Source: Myxococcota bacterium
Lineage (GTDB): Bacteria > Myxococcota_A > Polyangia > Nannocystales > Nannocystaceae
DNA length: 64,000 nucleotides
Direction: 5' to 3'
Assembly (NCBI GenBank): GCA_039028615.1
Contig: JBCCHT010000003.1
Coordinates: 288,001-352,000 of the forward strand
Positions 1 to 9,746 of the stretch are shown here, piece after piece. The translations under genes were made by a program, and so were the position numbers. Positions within the stretch are counted from its first letter, which is position 1. The number at the start of each line of letters is the position of its first letter. Under the pieces are notes generated by a model, which was given only the letters and a program-made list of their open reading frames with translations, had not been told where the DNA came from and did no database searches.

Positions 1-600
1 GCCGACCTGCGCGAGCTGTATAACGGCCTCAAAGACCGGCCCGAGTCCGAGCACGAGCAGGCGCTGCGCGAGTTCATCGACCGCATCCACTCGGTGATGG
101 ATCGGCTCGACATGCTGCCGCTGACCACCATCGGCGTGGTGCACGGCATTTGCTTTGGCGGAGGATTCGAGCTGGCGCTGACCTGCGACATGCTCATCGC
201 CGAGCGCAACGCCCGCTTCGCCTTCCCCGAGCTGCGCCTGGGCATCGTGCCCGGCTTCGGCGGCATCCCCCGGCTGCGACGCGACGTGGGCAACGCGGTG
301 GTCCGCGACCTTTTGCTCACCGGGCGCAGCATCAACGCCAAGAAGGCGCAGGCGGTGGGGCTGGTCAGCCAGATGGTGCCCGTGGGCGAGGGCCTGCGCG
401 CCGCCTGGGCCACCGCCCGCCAGGCCACCAAGTTCGACCGCGAAGCGGTCCGCACCTGCAAAGAGTTCATGAAGCCGCTGCCGGTCGAGGAACTCGCCCG
501 CGAGAAGGAACACTTCATCCGCCTCGCGCAGCGACCCATCCTCAAGCTGGCCCTCAAGAAGTTCGTCGAGAGCGACGATCCGCGGCCCTACCTACCCTGA
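1..600 (+). CDS. Enoyl-CoA hydratase/isomerase (crotonase) family protein, 5'-truncated by window edge
   Basis: Frame 1 is open from base 1 (ADLRELYNG...). Crotonase motifs GICFGGGFELALTCD and FPELRLGIVPGFGG. Confidence 0.9.
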   Translation, partial: ADLRELYNGLKDRPESEHEQALREFIDRIHSVMDRLDMLPLTTIGVVHGICFGGGFELALTCDMLIAERNARFAFPELRLGIVPGFGGIPRLRRDVGNAVVRDLLLTGRSINAKKAQAVGLVSQMVPVGEGLRAAWATARQATKFDREAVRTCKEFMKPLPVEELAREKEHFIRLAQRPILKLALKKFVESDDPRPYLP

Positions 601-613
601 GTGGAGTTCGACG

Positions 614-847
614 ATGAGCGAAGTTCTCGACCGACTGATCAAGCTCGCGGCCAAGAAGTACGACGCCGACGCGTCCGCGCTGAAGGCCGAGCACGACATC
701 TTCGAAAAACTCGGGATCGACAGCTTTCAAGCGGCTGAGCTGATGTCCGATCTCGAGATGGAATTCGACGTGGAGATCCCCGACTACGAGCTCCAAGGGG
801 TCGAGACCTTTGGTGCGCTCGCCGCGGTGATCGACAAGAGGCGCTGA
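614..847 (+). CDS. Acyl carrier protein
   Basis: 77 aa, acidic, with phosphopantetheine site LGIDSF and EFDVEIPD motif. GGAG RBS at 603. Confidence 0.9.
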   Translation: MSEVLDRLIKLAAKKYDADASALKAEHDIFEKLGIDSFQAAELMSDLEMEFDVEIPDYELQGVETFGALAAVIDKRR

Positions 848-2553
848 TGCTCAAGCTTTCACGCATCCAGTCGGTGGGCGAAGCGATTCGCGACGCCACC
901 GTCACCTTCAAGACCAACGAGGCTCTGATCGAGGCCGAGCGTCACCGTGAGAACGGACGCTGGACCTACCGCGAGCTCCGCAAGGAGGCCGAGGCCTTCG
1001 CGGCGCGGATTCAGGGCCAGGGCGTCGAGCCCGGCGATCGCGTGGCGATCGCCATGCAGAACCAGAGCAAGTGGATCTTCTCTGGTCTCGGCGCGCTGTG
1101 GGCCGGCGCCACGCTGGTGCCGATCGACTACAAGCTCAAGGCACACGAGCAGCTCGATCTGGTCGGGCACTGTCGGCCGCGGGTGCTCGTCACCGAGTAC
1201 AGCGCCTGGCGCGACATGCAAAAGGAGTCGGGCGAGGCGCTCGAGCGGGTCTTGGTGCTGGTCACCGAGGCGCCCGAGGGCGCCGACCTCGGCCCGGCTA
1301 AGCGCTGGGAGGACGGCGAGGGCACGTTCACGTACCAGGTGCGTCGTCGCGAGGACGTGGCCTGCATCGTGTACTCGTCGGGCACCTCGGGCACGCCCAA
1401 GGGCTGCGAGCTCACCCACGGCAACTACCTGTCGCAGGCCGAGATCCTCGGCAACATGTACCCGCTGGCGGAGGACGAGCGCTTCTTCTCGGTCCTGCCC
1501 ACCAACCATGCCATCGACTTCATGGTCGGGTTCATCGTCCCGCTGCTGATGGGCGGCGGCATCGTGCACCAGCGAACGCTGCGACCGCAGTTTCTGCGGG
1601 CCACGATGAAAAAGTACGGGATCACCCACATCGCGCTGGTCCCCACCATCCTCAAGAACATCGAGAAGCGCATCCGCGAGCGGCTCGACGACCTCGACGG
1701 CTGGCAGAAGCAAGCGGTCGACGGCCTGCGCCGGGTCAACGAGCTGGCGACCCGCAAGGAGCCCAACCATCGGCTCTCGAGCGCGCTGCTCAAGCCCATC
1801 CACGACGAGCTCGGGGGCAAGCTCAGCCACATCTTCGCGGGCGGCACCTTCGTCGATCGCAAGCTGGCCGAGTTCTTCTACGAGCTGGGCATCCCCGTGA
1901 TCATCGGCTACGGCCTCACCGAGGCCAGCACCGTCATCACCGTCAACGACCTCAAGCCCTTCCGCAGCGACACCGTGGGCAAGCCCGTGCCCGGCGTCGA
2001 CGTGGAGATCCGCAACGCCAACGAGGCAGGGGTGGGCGAGGTCTGGGTCCGCGGTCCCACCGTGATGAAGGGCTACTTCAATGCCCCCGAGCTGAGCGCC
2101 GAGGCCCTGGTCGACGGCTGGCTCCGCACGGGCGACCTCGGCTCCATGGACATCAGCGGGCACCTCAAGCTGATGGGGCGGGCCAAGAACATGATCGTGA
2201 CCGAGGGGGGCAAGAACATCTACCCCGAGGACATCGAGTCGTACTTCGAGGACCTGCCCGGCATCGAGGAGTACTGCGTGTTCGCGACCGACTATATCTG
2301 GCCGCGAGGCAGCATGACCGGCGAGCAGCTGGTCATCGTGCTGCGCCCCGAGGGCGAGGGCCTGAGCGACGAGTGCAAGAAGGAGCTCGAGGTCCGCAAC
2401 CGCAAGCTCCCCGACTTCAAGCGCGTCTCGGCGTATATCGTGGAGACCGAAGAGTTCCCGGCCACCGCGTCGCTGAAGATCAAGCGGGGTCCGCTGGCCG
2501 AGGTGCTGCGCAAGCGCTCCCGCGAAGAGGCCGTCCAACAACTGGGGAGCTAG
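847..2553 (+). CDS. Long-chain acyl-CoA/acyl-ACP synthetase (AMP-binding enzyme)
   Basis: Motifs YSSGTSGTPKG, GYGLTE, WLRTGDLG, GRAKNMIV...KNIYPEDIE and TASLKIKR. Overlaps the ACP stop (TGATG). Confidence 0.93.
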   Translation: MLKLSRIQSVGEAIRDATVTFKTNEALIEAERHRENGRWTYRELRKEAEAFAARIQGQGVEPGDRVAIAMQNQSKWIFSGLGALWAGATLVPIDYKLKAHEQLDLVGHCRPRVLVTEYSAWRDMQKESGEALERVLVLVTEAPEGADLGPAKRWEDGEGTFTYQVRRREDVACIVYSSGTSGTPKGCELTHGNYLSQAEILGNMYPLAEDERFFSVLPTNHAIDFMVGFIVPLLMGGGIVHQRTLRPQFLRATMKKYGITHIALVPTILKNIEKRIRERLDDLDGWQKQAVDGLRRVNELATRKEPNHRLSSALLKPIHDELGGKLSHIFAGGTFVDRKLAEFFYELGIPVIIGYGLTEASTVITVNDLKPFRSDTVGKPVPGVDVEIRNANEAGVGEVWVRGPTVMKGYFNAPELSAEALVDGWLRTGDLGSMDISGHLKLMGRAKNMIVTEGGKNIYPEDIESYFEDLPGIEEYCVFATDYIWPRGSMTGEQLVIVLRPEGEGLSDECKKELEVRNRKLPDFKRVSAYIVETEEFPATASLKIKRGPLAEVLRKRSREEAVQQLGS

Positions 2554-3459
2554 ATGTCCGACGAAGCGTACCTTGCCGTGATCAACCCCGCTGCCGGCGG
2601 AGGCCGCTGCGGCAAGCGCTTCCCGGCCGCCCTCGAGCGCCTGCGCGAGGCGGGCGTGCAGGTCGACACCGCCGAGACCTCGGGTCCCGGTCAGGCCACC
2701 GAGATCGTGCGCAAGGCCTGGGCCGAAGGCCGCCGCCGCTTCATCGCGGTGGGCGGTGACGGCACGGGCTACGAGGTCGTCAACGGGCTCTTCCCCGAGG
2801 CGGCCGAGTCCGAGGACACCCCCGTGCTGGGCTTCTTGCCGCTGGGCACGGGCAACTCGTTCCTGCGCGACTTCACCGATCAAGGGGCCGAGCACACCAT
2901 CGAGGCCCTGGCCAAGGGGGCGCGCCGCTCCTGCGACGTCATCCGGCTGCGGCACGCCGAGGGGCAGCTGCACTACATCAACCTGCTGTCGATCGGCTTC
3001 GTCGCCGACGTCAACGGGCTGCGGGCGCGTCGCTTCAAGCGCTGGGGCGAGTTCGGCTACATCCTCGCGGTGGTCACCGCGGTGGCCAGCCTGCGGGCGC
3101 GGGCCTACCCCATGAAGATCGACGAAGGCGAGCTCGACGAGGCGCTGCAGGTCTTTGCCTCGTTCAACAACAGCAAGTTCACCGGGGGCAAGATGATGAT
3201 GGCTCCCCACGCCAAGACCGACGACGGCAAGATCGCGGTGGTGCAGGTCGGCAAGCTGGGGCGCATCGGCCTGCTGATGACCTTCCCCAAGATCTTCAAG
3301 GGCACCCACGTCGAGCACCCCGCGGTCTCGACCTGCCACGCCGAGCGCGTCGACCTCGAGGTCGAAGAGCAGATCGACGTGATGGTCGATGGCGAGGCGC
3401 TCGAGGTGGTGCCGCGCGCGCTCGAGGTCCTGCCCGGCGCCCTACAAGTCGTCGTCTAG
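2554..3459 (+). CDS. Diacylglycerol/sphingosine kinase family lipid kinase
   Basis: Motifs INPAAGGG, VGGDGT, LPLGTGN, DDG and VDGE. Directly abuts the ligase stop. Confidence 0.92.
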   Translation: MSDEAYLAVINPAAGGGRCGKRFPAALERLREAGVQVDTAETSGPGQATEIVRKAWAEGRRRFIAVGGDGTGYEVVNGLFPEAAESEDTPVLGFLPLGTGNSFLRDFTDQGAEHTIEALAKGARRSCDVIRLRHAEGQLHYINLLSIGFVADVNGLRARRFKRWGEFGYILAVVTAVASLRARAYPMKIDEGELDEALQVFASFNNSKFTGGKMMMAPHAKTDDGKIAVVQVGKLGRIGLLMTFPKIFKGTHVEHPAVSTCHAERVDLEVEEQIDVMVDGEALEVVPRALEVLPGALQVVV

Positions 3460-3517
3460 AGCCAGCCTCGGGGTTGTCCGCCCGCGCGCGGGGTTCCGAG
3501 CTACGCTTGGGGAGCCC

Positions 3518-4198
3518 ATGGCGATGACGCTCGAGAGCACGACGACGTTTTCCCGCGCGATGTTCCGTGCCTTGCGGGACTCGAACGAGACGGACCAGCT
3601 GCTCGTGGGCGAGGAGATTTCCTCGGTGGGGCGCATGGCGGCGCTCGTACCCGTGCTGGAGGCCGATCCCGAAGGTCGGGCGATCCTGCACGAGCGGCCC
3701 CGGATCAGCACGACCGACGTCGACTTCGATCGCCTGCGAAGCCTGCCGTCGGGGACCCTGGGGCGCGCCTTCGTCGAGCACCTCGATCGCTGCGGCCTCG
3801 ACCCCGACACGATGACCGTGCCCGTGTCGCGCGGGCCCAGCGAGCAGAGCAACTACCTGCTGACCCGCGTTCGGCAGACCCACGACATCTGGCACACGCT
3901 GCTCGGCCTGGGCGCCCAGGGGCACGAAGAAGTGCTCGTGCACGCGTTCCAGTGGCCGCAGCTGCGCATGCCCTACTCGGCGCTGGTGGTGGGGTTCGGA
4001 ACCCTCAAGCACTTCATCGGCGAAGGTCGGCTGGCCGCGCTGCGCCACTCGATCCTCGAGGCGTACCGAGCGGGCCGGGACGCACGGCCACTACTCCCGG
4101 TGTACTGGGAGCGTCACTGGGAGGAGCCGGTGGTCGCGCTGCGCGAGCGCTTCGGCGTTCGTCCGGCCAGCCAGTGGCGGGGCCCCGCGCTCAGCTGA
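3518..4198 (+). CDS. Coq4 family protein
   Basis: LRSLPSGTLGRAF, HDIWHTLLG...EE (Coq4 HDxxH..E) and YWERHWEEP. Start chosen at the ATG after GGAG. Confidence 0.82.
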   Translation: MAMTLESTTTFSRAMFRALRDSNETDQLLVGEEISSVGRMAALVPVLEADPEGRAILHERPRISTTDVDFDRLRSLPSGTLGRAFVEHLDRCGLDPDTMTVPVSRGPSEQSNYLLTRVRQTHDIWHTLLGLGAQGHEEVLVHAFQWPQLRMPYSALVVGFGTLKHFIGEGRLAALRHSILEAYRAGRDARPLLPVYWERHWEEPVVALRERFGVRPASQWRGPALS

Positions 4199-4224
4199 CG
4201 CGGACTCGGGTAGACTCTTCGGTC

Positions 4225-5067
4225 ATGAGCTTGCGTGCGATCGTCCTTGGTTGTGTGGGCATTGCGGTCGGAGTGACCGGGTGCTTCGAGGAAAATACGC
4301 CGGTCGTCATCACGACGAGCAGCGACCCCGAGACCGGGGCGACCGAGGACGGCGACACCGTGGCCAGCCCCGCCGAGGAGACGGCGGCCGAGACTCCCGA
4401 GACCACGACCACCCAGGGAAGCTCGCCGACCACCGAAGATCCCGACGGCACCGCCACCGAGCCGGTCAGCACCGAGGACACGGGCCCCGATCCCACCACG
4501 GGCTGTCAGCCGGAGTGCGACGAGCTGGCCTGCGGCATGGAGACCAACTGCGGCATGAGCTGCGGCGAGTGTGCGGCCATGGCCCAGTGCGCCGACGACC
4601 AGACCTACTGCGGCCTGCCCATCGGGTTCCCGAACGACTTCGGCGACGTCGCCCTCGTCAACGGGCTCGTGCAGCTCGGCTTCCGCTTCCAGGTCTTCGA
4701 GCCCCGCATCGTCCGACGGCTGGGCGTCATCGCGGGCGGAGCGGGACAGCAGGTTCGGCTGGCGCTCTACGACTCCGACGGGGCCGGCCCGGACCAGCGC
4801 GTGGTGCAGACGGGCGCGGTGGAGCTGTTCGCGGCGGGGCCCAACGAGTTCAACGTGGGCGCCACCGAGATCGAGCCCGGCGAGTACTGGGTGTTCCTGC
4901 ACACCTCGGCCATGACCCCGCTGGCGCGGACCTTCAACGGCGACAACGACTACGAGGAAGGCCTGCGGGTGAGCATCCCCTTCGACGACGGCTTCCCCGA
5001 GGTCATGGACGACGAGATGATCATCCAGGACTACCGGTACAACGTGTACATGGTGGTCGAGGACTGA
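4225..5067 (+). CDS. Hypothetical lipoprotein (Thr/Glu-rich linker, Cys-rich repeat, C-terminal beta-sandwich)
   Basis: Lipobox VTGC, low-complexity linker, then CQPEC...CG..CGECA repeat. Confidence 0.75.
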   Translation: MSLRAIVLGCVGIAVGVTGCFEENTPVVITTSSDPETGATEDGDTVASPAEETAAETPETTTTQGSSPTTEDPDGTATEPVSTEDTGPDPTTGCQPECDELACGMETNCGMSCGECAAMAQCADDQTYCGLPIGFPNDFGDVALVNGLVQLGFRFQVFEPRIVRRLGVIAGGAGQQVRLALYDSDGAGPDQRVVQTGAVELFAAGPNEFNVGATEIEPGEYWVFLHTSAMTPLARTFNGDNDYEEGLRVSIPFDDGFPEVMDDEMIIQDYRYNVYMVVED

Positions 5068-5083
5068 GCGTCCGCGCCTGCGC

Positions 5084-5779
5084 TCAGTAGGTCAGCTTGG
5101 CGAAGGTGCCCGAGACGGTGCCGTCGAGGGTGAACTCGTGGCTGGGCTCGCCCACCAGCGTGCCCTTGGCGCCTTCGAGCTTCAGCTCGACTTTGCCCTC
5201 GGCGAGCTCGGCCGGGGTGGTGGTGATGGTGCCCGCGGTGAAGCTGACGGCGTGGGGTTTGTCGCCGTCGACCAGCGCCATGCCGGTCATGCCGGAGCCC
5301 TTCAGGTCGGTCGAGCCCCCGGCGAGGCCGGTCATCTGCAGGCGGAACACGGGCTTGCCGTCTTGGTGCAGCTGCGCCACGTAGACCAGGCCGAAGCCGC
5401 CCTTGCTCCGCGGTTGGATGTTGCCGCACGAGGCCGGGGCCCGGCCGGCATCCCACACCGGGTTCTTGTCGTAGGTCGCCCCGGCATCCAGCGCGACGGC
5501 GAAGGGCTTGCCGTCCACCGTCATCTTCAGGTCCGCGGTGGCATCGGAGACCTGCTTGGTCATCAGCACGCTGGTGCATGACGCGGGGGGACCCCCGGCG
5601 GGCGGGGGCTTGGCGGGTCCCTTGGCGTCGTCGGCCCCCTTCTCGGCCGCGTCTGCACCCTTGGCCTCGGCGTCGTCTTTGTCCTTCGCCTTGCTCTCGG
5701 CTTTTTCGCCGTCCCCTTTGTCACACGAGGGCACGAGCACGAGCAGGGGCACGGACAGGAGCAGGGCGGGGGCCTTCAT
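5084..5779 (-). CDS. Hypothetical lipoprotein
   Basis: MKAPALLLSVPLLVLVPSC signal/lipobox, Lys/Asp/Ala-rich linker, GC3-rich codons. The upstream part of the longer ORF is a shadow of the neighbouring gene. Confidence 0.75.
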   Translation of the reverse strand: MKAPALLLSVPLLVLVPSCDKGDGEKAESKAKDKDDAEAKGADAAEKGADDAKGPAKPPPAGGPPASCTSVLMTKQVSDATADLKMTVDGKPFAVALDAGATYDKNPVWDAGRAPASCGNIQPRSKGGFGLVYVAQLHQDGKPVFRLQMTGLAGGSTDLKGSGMTGMALVDGDKPHAVSFTAGTITTTPAELAEGKVELKLEGAKGTLVGEPSHEFTLDGTVSGTFAKLTY

Positions 5780-5817
5780 GCTCCCGACACTACCGCGGTT
5801 CGTGCTCGCGGCGGGCG

Positions 5818-6906
5818 CTACCCGGCCACACGCCGCAGCAACCACTCGGCGCCGTAGCGATACCCGACCCGTTGCCAATAGCGCGAGAGGAACAAGGCCA
5901 GCCCGAAGAACCCGAAGATCGCGACGAGGCTCAGCGTGGATGACAGGTTTCGCCACCAGTCCCACCACTCGAACCGCGTCCACTCGCGGAACACGACCAC
6001 GTGCACGATGAGCAGCGTTAGCGAGATGCGGCCCAGCGTGACCAACGGGTTGCTCGGCTTGATGGTCCAGCGTTTCTCGATGCCCGAGACGATGGAGATG
6101 AGCAGCAGCGCGCCGCCGAGCAACAGGCCCGCGATGGCCACCGACGAAGGGAAGAACCCGAGGTGCAGCTCGAACGCGCGTTGCAGATACGCGTTGTCGA
6201 TGCCGACGTTGTAGACGAGCACGCGCCCCAGCCCGCCCAGAGCCGCGAACGACAGGCCCAAGATGGCGACGGGCGCGATCCGGCCGGCCCAGATCCAGCG
6301 CCCGGCACAGAACCCGGCCAGGTAAAAGCACAGCCAGGGCAAGATGGGGAACTGACCTTCGGCCAGCGCGAGTCGGAGCGGACCGCCGGGCATGGTCACG
6401 TCGCGCATGCGCGGGTTGGTGAGCGACAGCGGGGTGTCGAGCCACAGCTGCACCGCGACGGTGGAGGCCAGCACGGCGCCGCAGCCCATGAGCAGGGCCG
6501 GCGTGGGCAGCCGCCGCCACACGGGGGCCAGCGCCATGGCGAAGCCCATCATGTGCAGCACGAACCAGGAGCCCCACGAAAACCAGTTGGGGGTCATCAG
6601 GTTCAGCGCGAGGCCGAAGCCCATCAGGGCGATGCCGCGACGAATGAGGGTGATGTCGGTGCGGGGTCGGTTGGCGGCGACCATGAGCGCGCTACCGACC
6701 CCGGCCAGGCTGACGAACAAGGGCGCGGCCATGCCCCCCAAGGCGTTGAAGCCCACGAGCAGGGGGTAGTCCATCATCTTCTCGCCGCGGGCCGGGCCTT
6801 CCCACAGCCAGATCCCCACGTGCTGCTCGATCATGAGGAAGACCGCGATGCCGCGCAGAGCGTCGAGGGAGTGCAGGCGTCGCTTCTTGGCGGGGGCGTC
6901 GGTCAC
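5818..6906 (-). CDS. Heparan-alpha-glucosaminide N-acetyltransferase-like (DUF1624-type) membrane protein
   Basis: RLHSLDALRGIAVFLMI..H, APLF..LAG, FPILPW and LGRISL motifs. Multiple TM helices. GTG start inferred. Confidence 0.8.
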   Translation of the reverse strand: MTDAPAKKRRLHSLDALRGIAVFLMIEQHVGIWLWEGPARGEKMMDYPLLVGFNALGGMAAPLFVSLAGVGSALMVAANRPRTDITLIRRGIALMGFGLALNLMTPNWFSWGSWFVLHMMGFAMALAPVWRRLPTPALLMGCGAVLASTVAVQLWLDTPLSLTNPRMRDVTMPGGPLRLALAEGQFPILPWLCFYLAGFCAGRWIWAGRIAPVAILGLSFAALGGLGRVLVYNVGIDNAYLQRAFELHLGFFPSSVAIAGLLLGGALLLISIVSGIEKRWTIKPSNPLVTLGRISLTLLIVHVVVFREWTRFEWWDWWRNLSSTLSLVAIFGFFGLALFLSRYWQRVGYRYGAEWLLRRVAG

Positions 6907-6985
6907 GGCGGACCGGAAGGATAACAGCCGACGATCGCTTTGACCGGGCCGCGGCGTGCTACCGTTTGATCGGCTCGACTGCGCC

Positions 6986-8218
6986 ATGACGGCGGCGCCC
7001 TCCACGATCTTCCACGTCGACATGGACGCGTTCTTTGCGTCCGTGGAGATCCGCGACGACCCTTCGCTGAAGGGCAAGCCGGTGCTGGTGGGCGGGGTCG
7101 GGCGCCGAGGCGTGGTCGCGGCGGCCAGCTACGAAGCGCGACGCTACGGGTGCCACTCGGCCCAGCCCATGGCCATCGCGCTGCGCAAGTGCCCCGATGC
7201 GGTGGTGCTGCCCACGCGCTTCGATGCCTACTCGGAGGCCTCGGCTCAGGTGTTCGAGATCTTCGATCGGTTCTCGCCCTTGGTCGAGGCGCTGTCGATC
7301 GACGAGGCGTTCATCGACATGAGCGGCACCGAACGCCTGCACGGCCCGCCCCGAGACGCGGCCGAGGGCCTGCGCGCGGCGGTCTTCGAGCGCACGCGCC
7401 TGACCTGCTCGGTGGGCATCTCGGCGGTGAAGTTCATCTCGAAGATCGCATCCGCGAAAAACAAGCCGGACGGAGTCACCGAGGTGCGGCCGGGCACGGA
7501 GCTGGAGTTTCTGGCGCCGCTGCCCATCGGCAAACTGTGGGGGGTCGGTCCCAAGACGGAGCAGCGACTGCGCGACCACGGGATCAAAGAGGTCGGCGAT
7601 CTGCGGCGAGTCGACGCCGAGACCCTCGAGCGATGGTTCGGCGAGCACGGGCTGCACCTGCATGCGCTCGCCAACGCTCGCGATCCTCGGGCGGTCGAGC
7701 CCGGCCGGGGCCGCAAGCAGGTGAGCCACGAGGACACCTATGGCACCGATGTGATGGGCGCGACGGCGCTACGCCGCAAGCTGCTGTCCCAGGCCACGCG
7801 GGTGGCGGATCGGCTGACCAACAAAGGGATCCGCGGGCGCAAGGTCCAGCTGAAGATCCGCGACACCACCTTCAAGACGGAGACGCGGCAGTGCACGCTG
7901 GCCAAGCCCACCAGCGAGGCGAAGGTGATCTACGACGCCGCCTGTGCGCTGCTGGCCGACATCGATCTCGACCGGCGACGGTTTCGGCTCACGGGAGTCG
8001 CGGTGGGAGCGTTGATCTTCGAGGCCGAGCCCGAGCAGCTCGACTTGCTGGCTTCGGTCGAGCCCGAGCGCGAAGCCAAGGGCGAGCGGCTCCAAGGGGT
8101 ACTCAGCGAGGTCCGCAAGAAGTTCGGGCACCAGGCGCTGTTTCCGGCCGAAGCGGGGGCGAGCGAGCGGGCGGGCTCGGCCGGCGGCTTCAGCAAGACG
8201 CTCGAGGACGAAGACTGA
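6986..8218 (+). CDS. dinB: DNA polymerase IV (Y family)
   Basis: HVDMDAFFASVE, AASYEARRYG, SIDEAF, KPDG, LWGVGPKT, and a C-terminal QLDL clamp-binding-like motif. Confidence 0.96.
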   Translation: MTAAPSTIFHVDMDAFFASVEIRDDPSLKGKPVLVGGVGRRGVVAAASYEARRYGCHSAQPMAIALRKCPDAVVLPTRFDAYSEASAQVFEIFDRFSPLVEALSIDEAFIDMSGTERLHGPPRDAAEGLRAAVFERTRLTCSVGISAVKFISKIASAKNKPDGVTEVRPGTELEFLAPLPIGKLWGVGPKTEQRLRDHGIKEVGDLRRVDAETLERWFGEHGLHLHALANARDPRAVEPGRGRKQVSHEDTYGTDVMGATALRRKLLSQATRVADRLTNKGIRGRKVQLKIRDTTFKTETRQCTLAKPTSEAKVIYDAACALLADIDLDRRRFRLTGVAVGALIFEAEPEQLDLLASVEPEREAKGERLQGVLSEVRKKFGHQALFPAEAGASERAGSAGGFSKTLEDED

Positions 8219-8241
8219 GCCCGGGGTGATACCCTGGTTCG

Positions 8242-9564
8242 GTGTTTAGCTTACGGTTGGCTTCGCTGACGCTATTGGCCTTGGTCGCGTGTGGCCCGAG
8301 CGTGGGTCCGGGCGGTGCAGCGGACGGGTCGTCGGGAGCGGTGAGCCAGGACTCCTCGGGGACGGGAGGCTCGGGTGCCATCGCGGACGACACGACGAGT
8401 TCGCCGGTCGATCCGAGCACGACCACGGGCGAGTCGACGGAAAGCAGCGGCACCACGGCGGTGGACCCTTGCGAGCCCGGCCAGGGCTGGGTGTGGTCCC
8501 AGCGGTTCGACGACGAGGAGTCCATTGGCGTGTTCAACGATGTCTTGGCGCTGGGCTCGGACTTCGTTGCCATCGGCACCGGGACGGACGAGTCGACGGA
8601 CCAACCGACCTGGATTCGGCGATACGACTCTGCCGGGAATGAGCTCTGGCGGACGGAGCTCGCGGGGCCGGGGTTTCTCTCTCGAGGGGTGATCGTCGAC
8701 GGCGAGGATGTCGTCGTGTGCACGTGGGACAACGAACAGGGGCAGTTCGTGCGGCTGTCGGGAGAAGACGGCGCGGTGCTGTGGTCTCAGGAGCAGGGGC
8801 AGTTCTGGTGCTGGGGGCTCGCGACCGATGTCAGCGGGGTCACGACCGTCGTGGGGACCCATTTCTTCGATGGTCAGCCGAACATCGACGAAGTGAGGGC
8901 CATCGACGGCGCCGGGAGTCCTTTGTGGACCTGGGAGTCCACGCCGAATCCCGGGACCGAGCTCGATGGGGTGACCATGGTCGATGGCGAGACGGTCGTG
9001 GTCGGCGACTTGCACGACGAATTCGGAGCCGACCGGGTTCGGCTCGCCCGACTGGATGCGCAGGGGCAGCTACTGTGGTCGACGACCTATGAGGGCGTCG
9101 TGTTCCCGAGCGAGCTGCGAGCGACCGAGATTGCCATCGAACCTGGGGGCGACATCGTGCTTGCTGGTCGCCAGCGACTCGGAGTTACGGGAGGAACCGA
9201 CCTGGTGGTTTGGCGCAGCACATCCGAAGGCGAGTTGGTGTGGATGACCGTGCATGACTTCGGCCATCCCGATGACCGCGTTCGCGACCTCTTGATATCC
9301 CCCAGGGGGGACATCATCGTGACGGGGGGAGTCGGCGATCAGAATCCCGCGCGTGGCAACATCCTTGGGGCCTTCGACGTGCTGCTGGCTTCGTTCGCCA
9401 GCGCCGATGGATCGCTCCAGTGGTCCGACACCCTCGGGTTGACGGAGATCGACTTCGGTCGCGGCTTGGTGCTCGACGAGTGCGGTGGCTTGATCGTGGG
9501 GGGCAGCTCGTTCGAGGAGAAGGAGTACGCATCCCGACCGTGGCTTGGCCGCTACATGCCGTAG
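8242..9564 (+). CDS. Hypothetical lipoprotein with PQQ-like beta-propeller repeats
   Basis: Lipobox LVAC, Ser/Thr/Gly linker, repeated D..G..LW blades (DSAGNELW, EDGAVLW, GAGSPLW, AQGQLLW, EGELVW, DGSLQW). Confidence 0.78.
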   Translation: MFSLRLASLTLLALVACGPSVGPGGAADGSSGAVSQDSSGTGGSGAIADDTTSSPVDPSTTTGESTESSGTTAVDPCEPGQGWVWSQRFDDEESIGVFNDVLALGSDFVAIGTGTDESTDQPTWIRRYDSAGNELWRTELAGPGFLSRGVIVDGEDVVVCTWDNEQGQFVRLSGEDGAVLWSQEQGQFWCWGLATDVSGVTTVVGTHFFDGQPNIDEVRAIDGAGSPLWTWESTPNPGTELDGVTMVDGETVVVGDLHDEFGADRVRLARLDAQGQLLWSTTYEGVVFPSELRATEIAIEPGGDIVLAGRQRLGVTGGTDLVVWRSTSEGELVWMTVHDFGHPDDRVRDLLISPRGDIIVTGGVGDQNPARGNILGAFDVLLASFASADGSLQWSDTLGLTEIDFGRGLVLDECGGLIVGGSSFEEKEYASRPWLGRYMP

Positions 9565-9700
9565 CGCTCGAGCCCCGAAAACTCGAACCGATCGGCGAGG
9601 CTCGAACCCCTCGCACGCAGCGGCGCATCTTGCGGGGGCGCTGGCGCGTGTCGATCAATGACTATGTAATTACTGGATAAATTTCGATCTAAATTGACTA

Positions 9701-9735
9701 TGAACTCATCGGTCATAAAATGACCAAGCAGTTCA
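9701..9735. promoter_or_regulatory. Tandem palindromic operators, probable TetR autoregulatory site
   Basis: TGAACTCATCGGTCA (9701-9715) and TGACCAAGCAGTTCA (9721-9735). The whole forms the inverted repeat TGAACT-N4-GGTCAT-AAA-ATGACC-N4-AGTTCA, in an AT-rich patch just upstream of tetR. Confidence 0.7.
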
Positions 9736-9746
9736 CAGTTCAAATC

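Noticed and set aside
859..3339. 826-aa minus-strand ORF
   Set aside because: Antisense shadow of the ligase and kinase genes, expected from high GC3. No motifs.
6940..6965. TTGACC...TACCGT promoter for dinB
   Set aside because: The spacer is only 14 nt. At best an extended -10, too weak to call.
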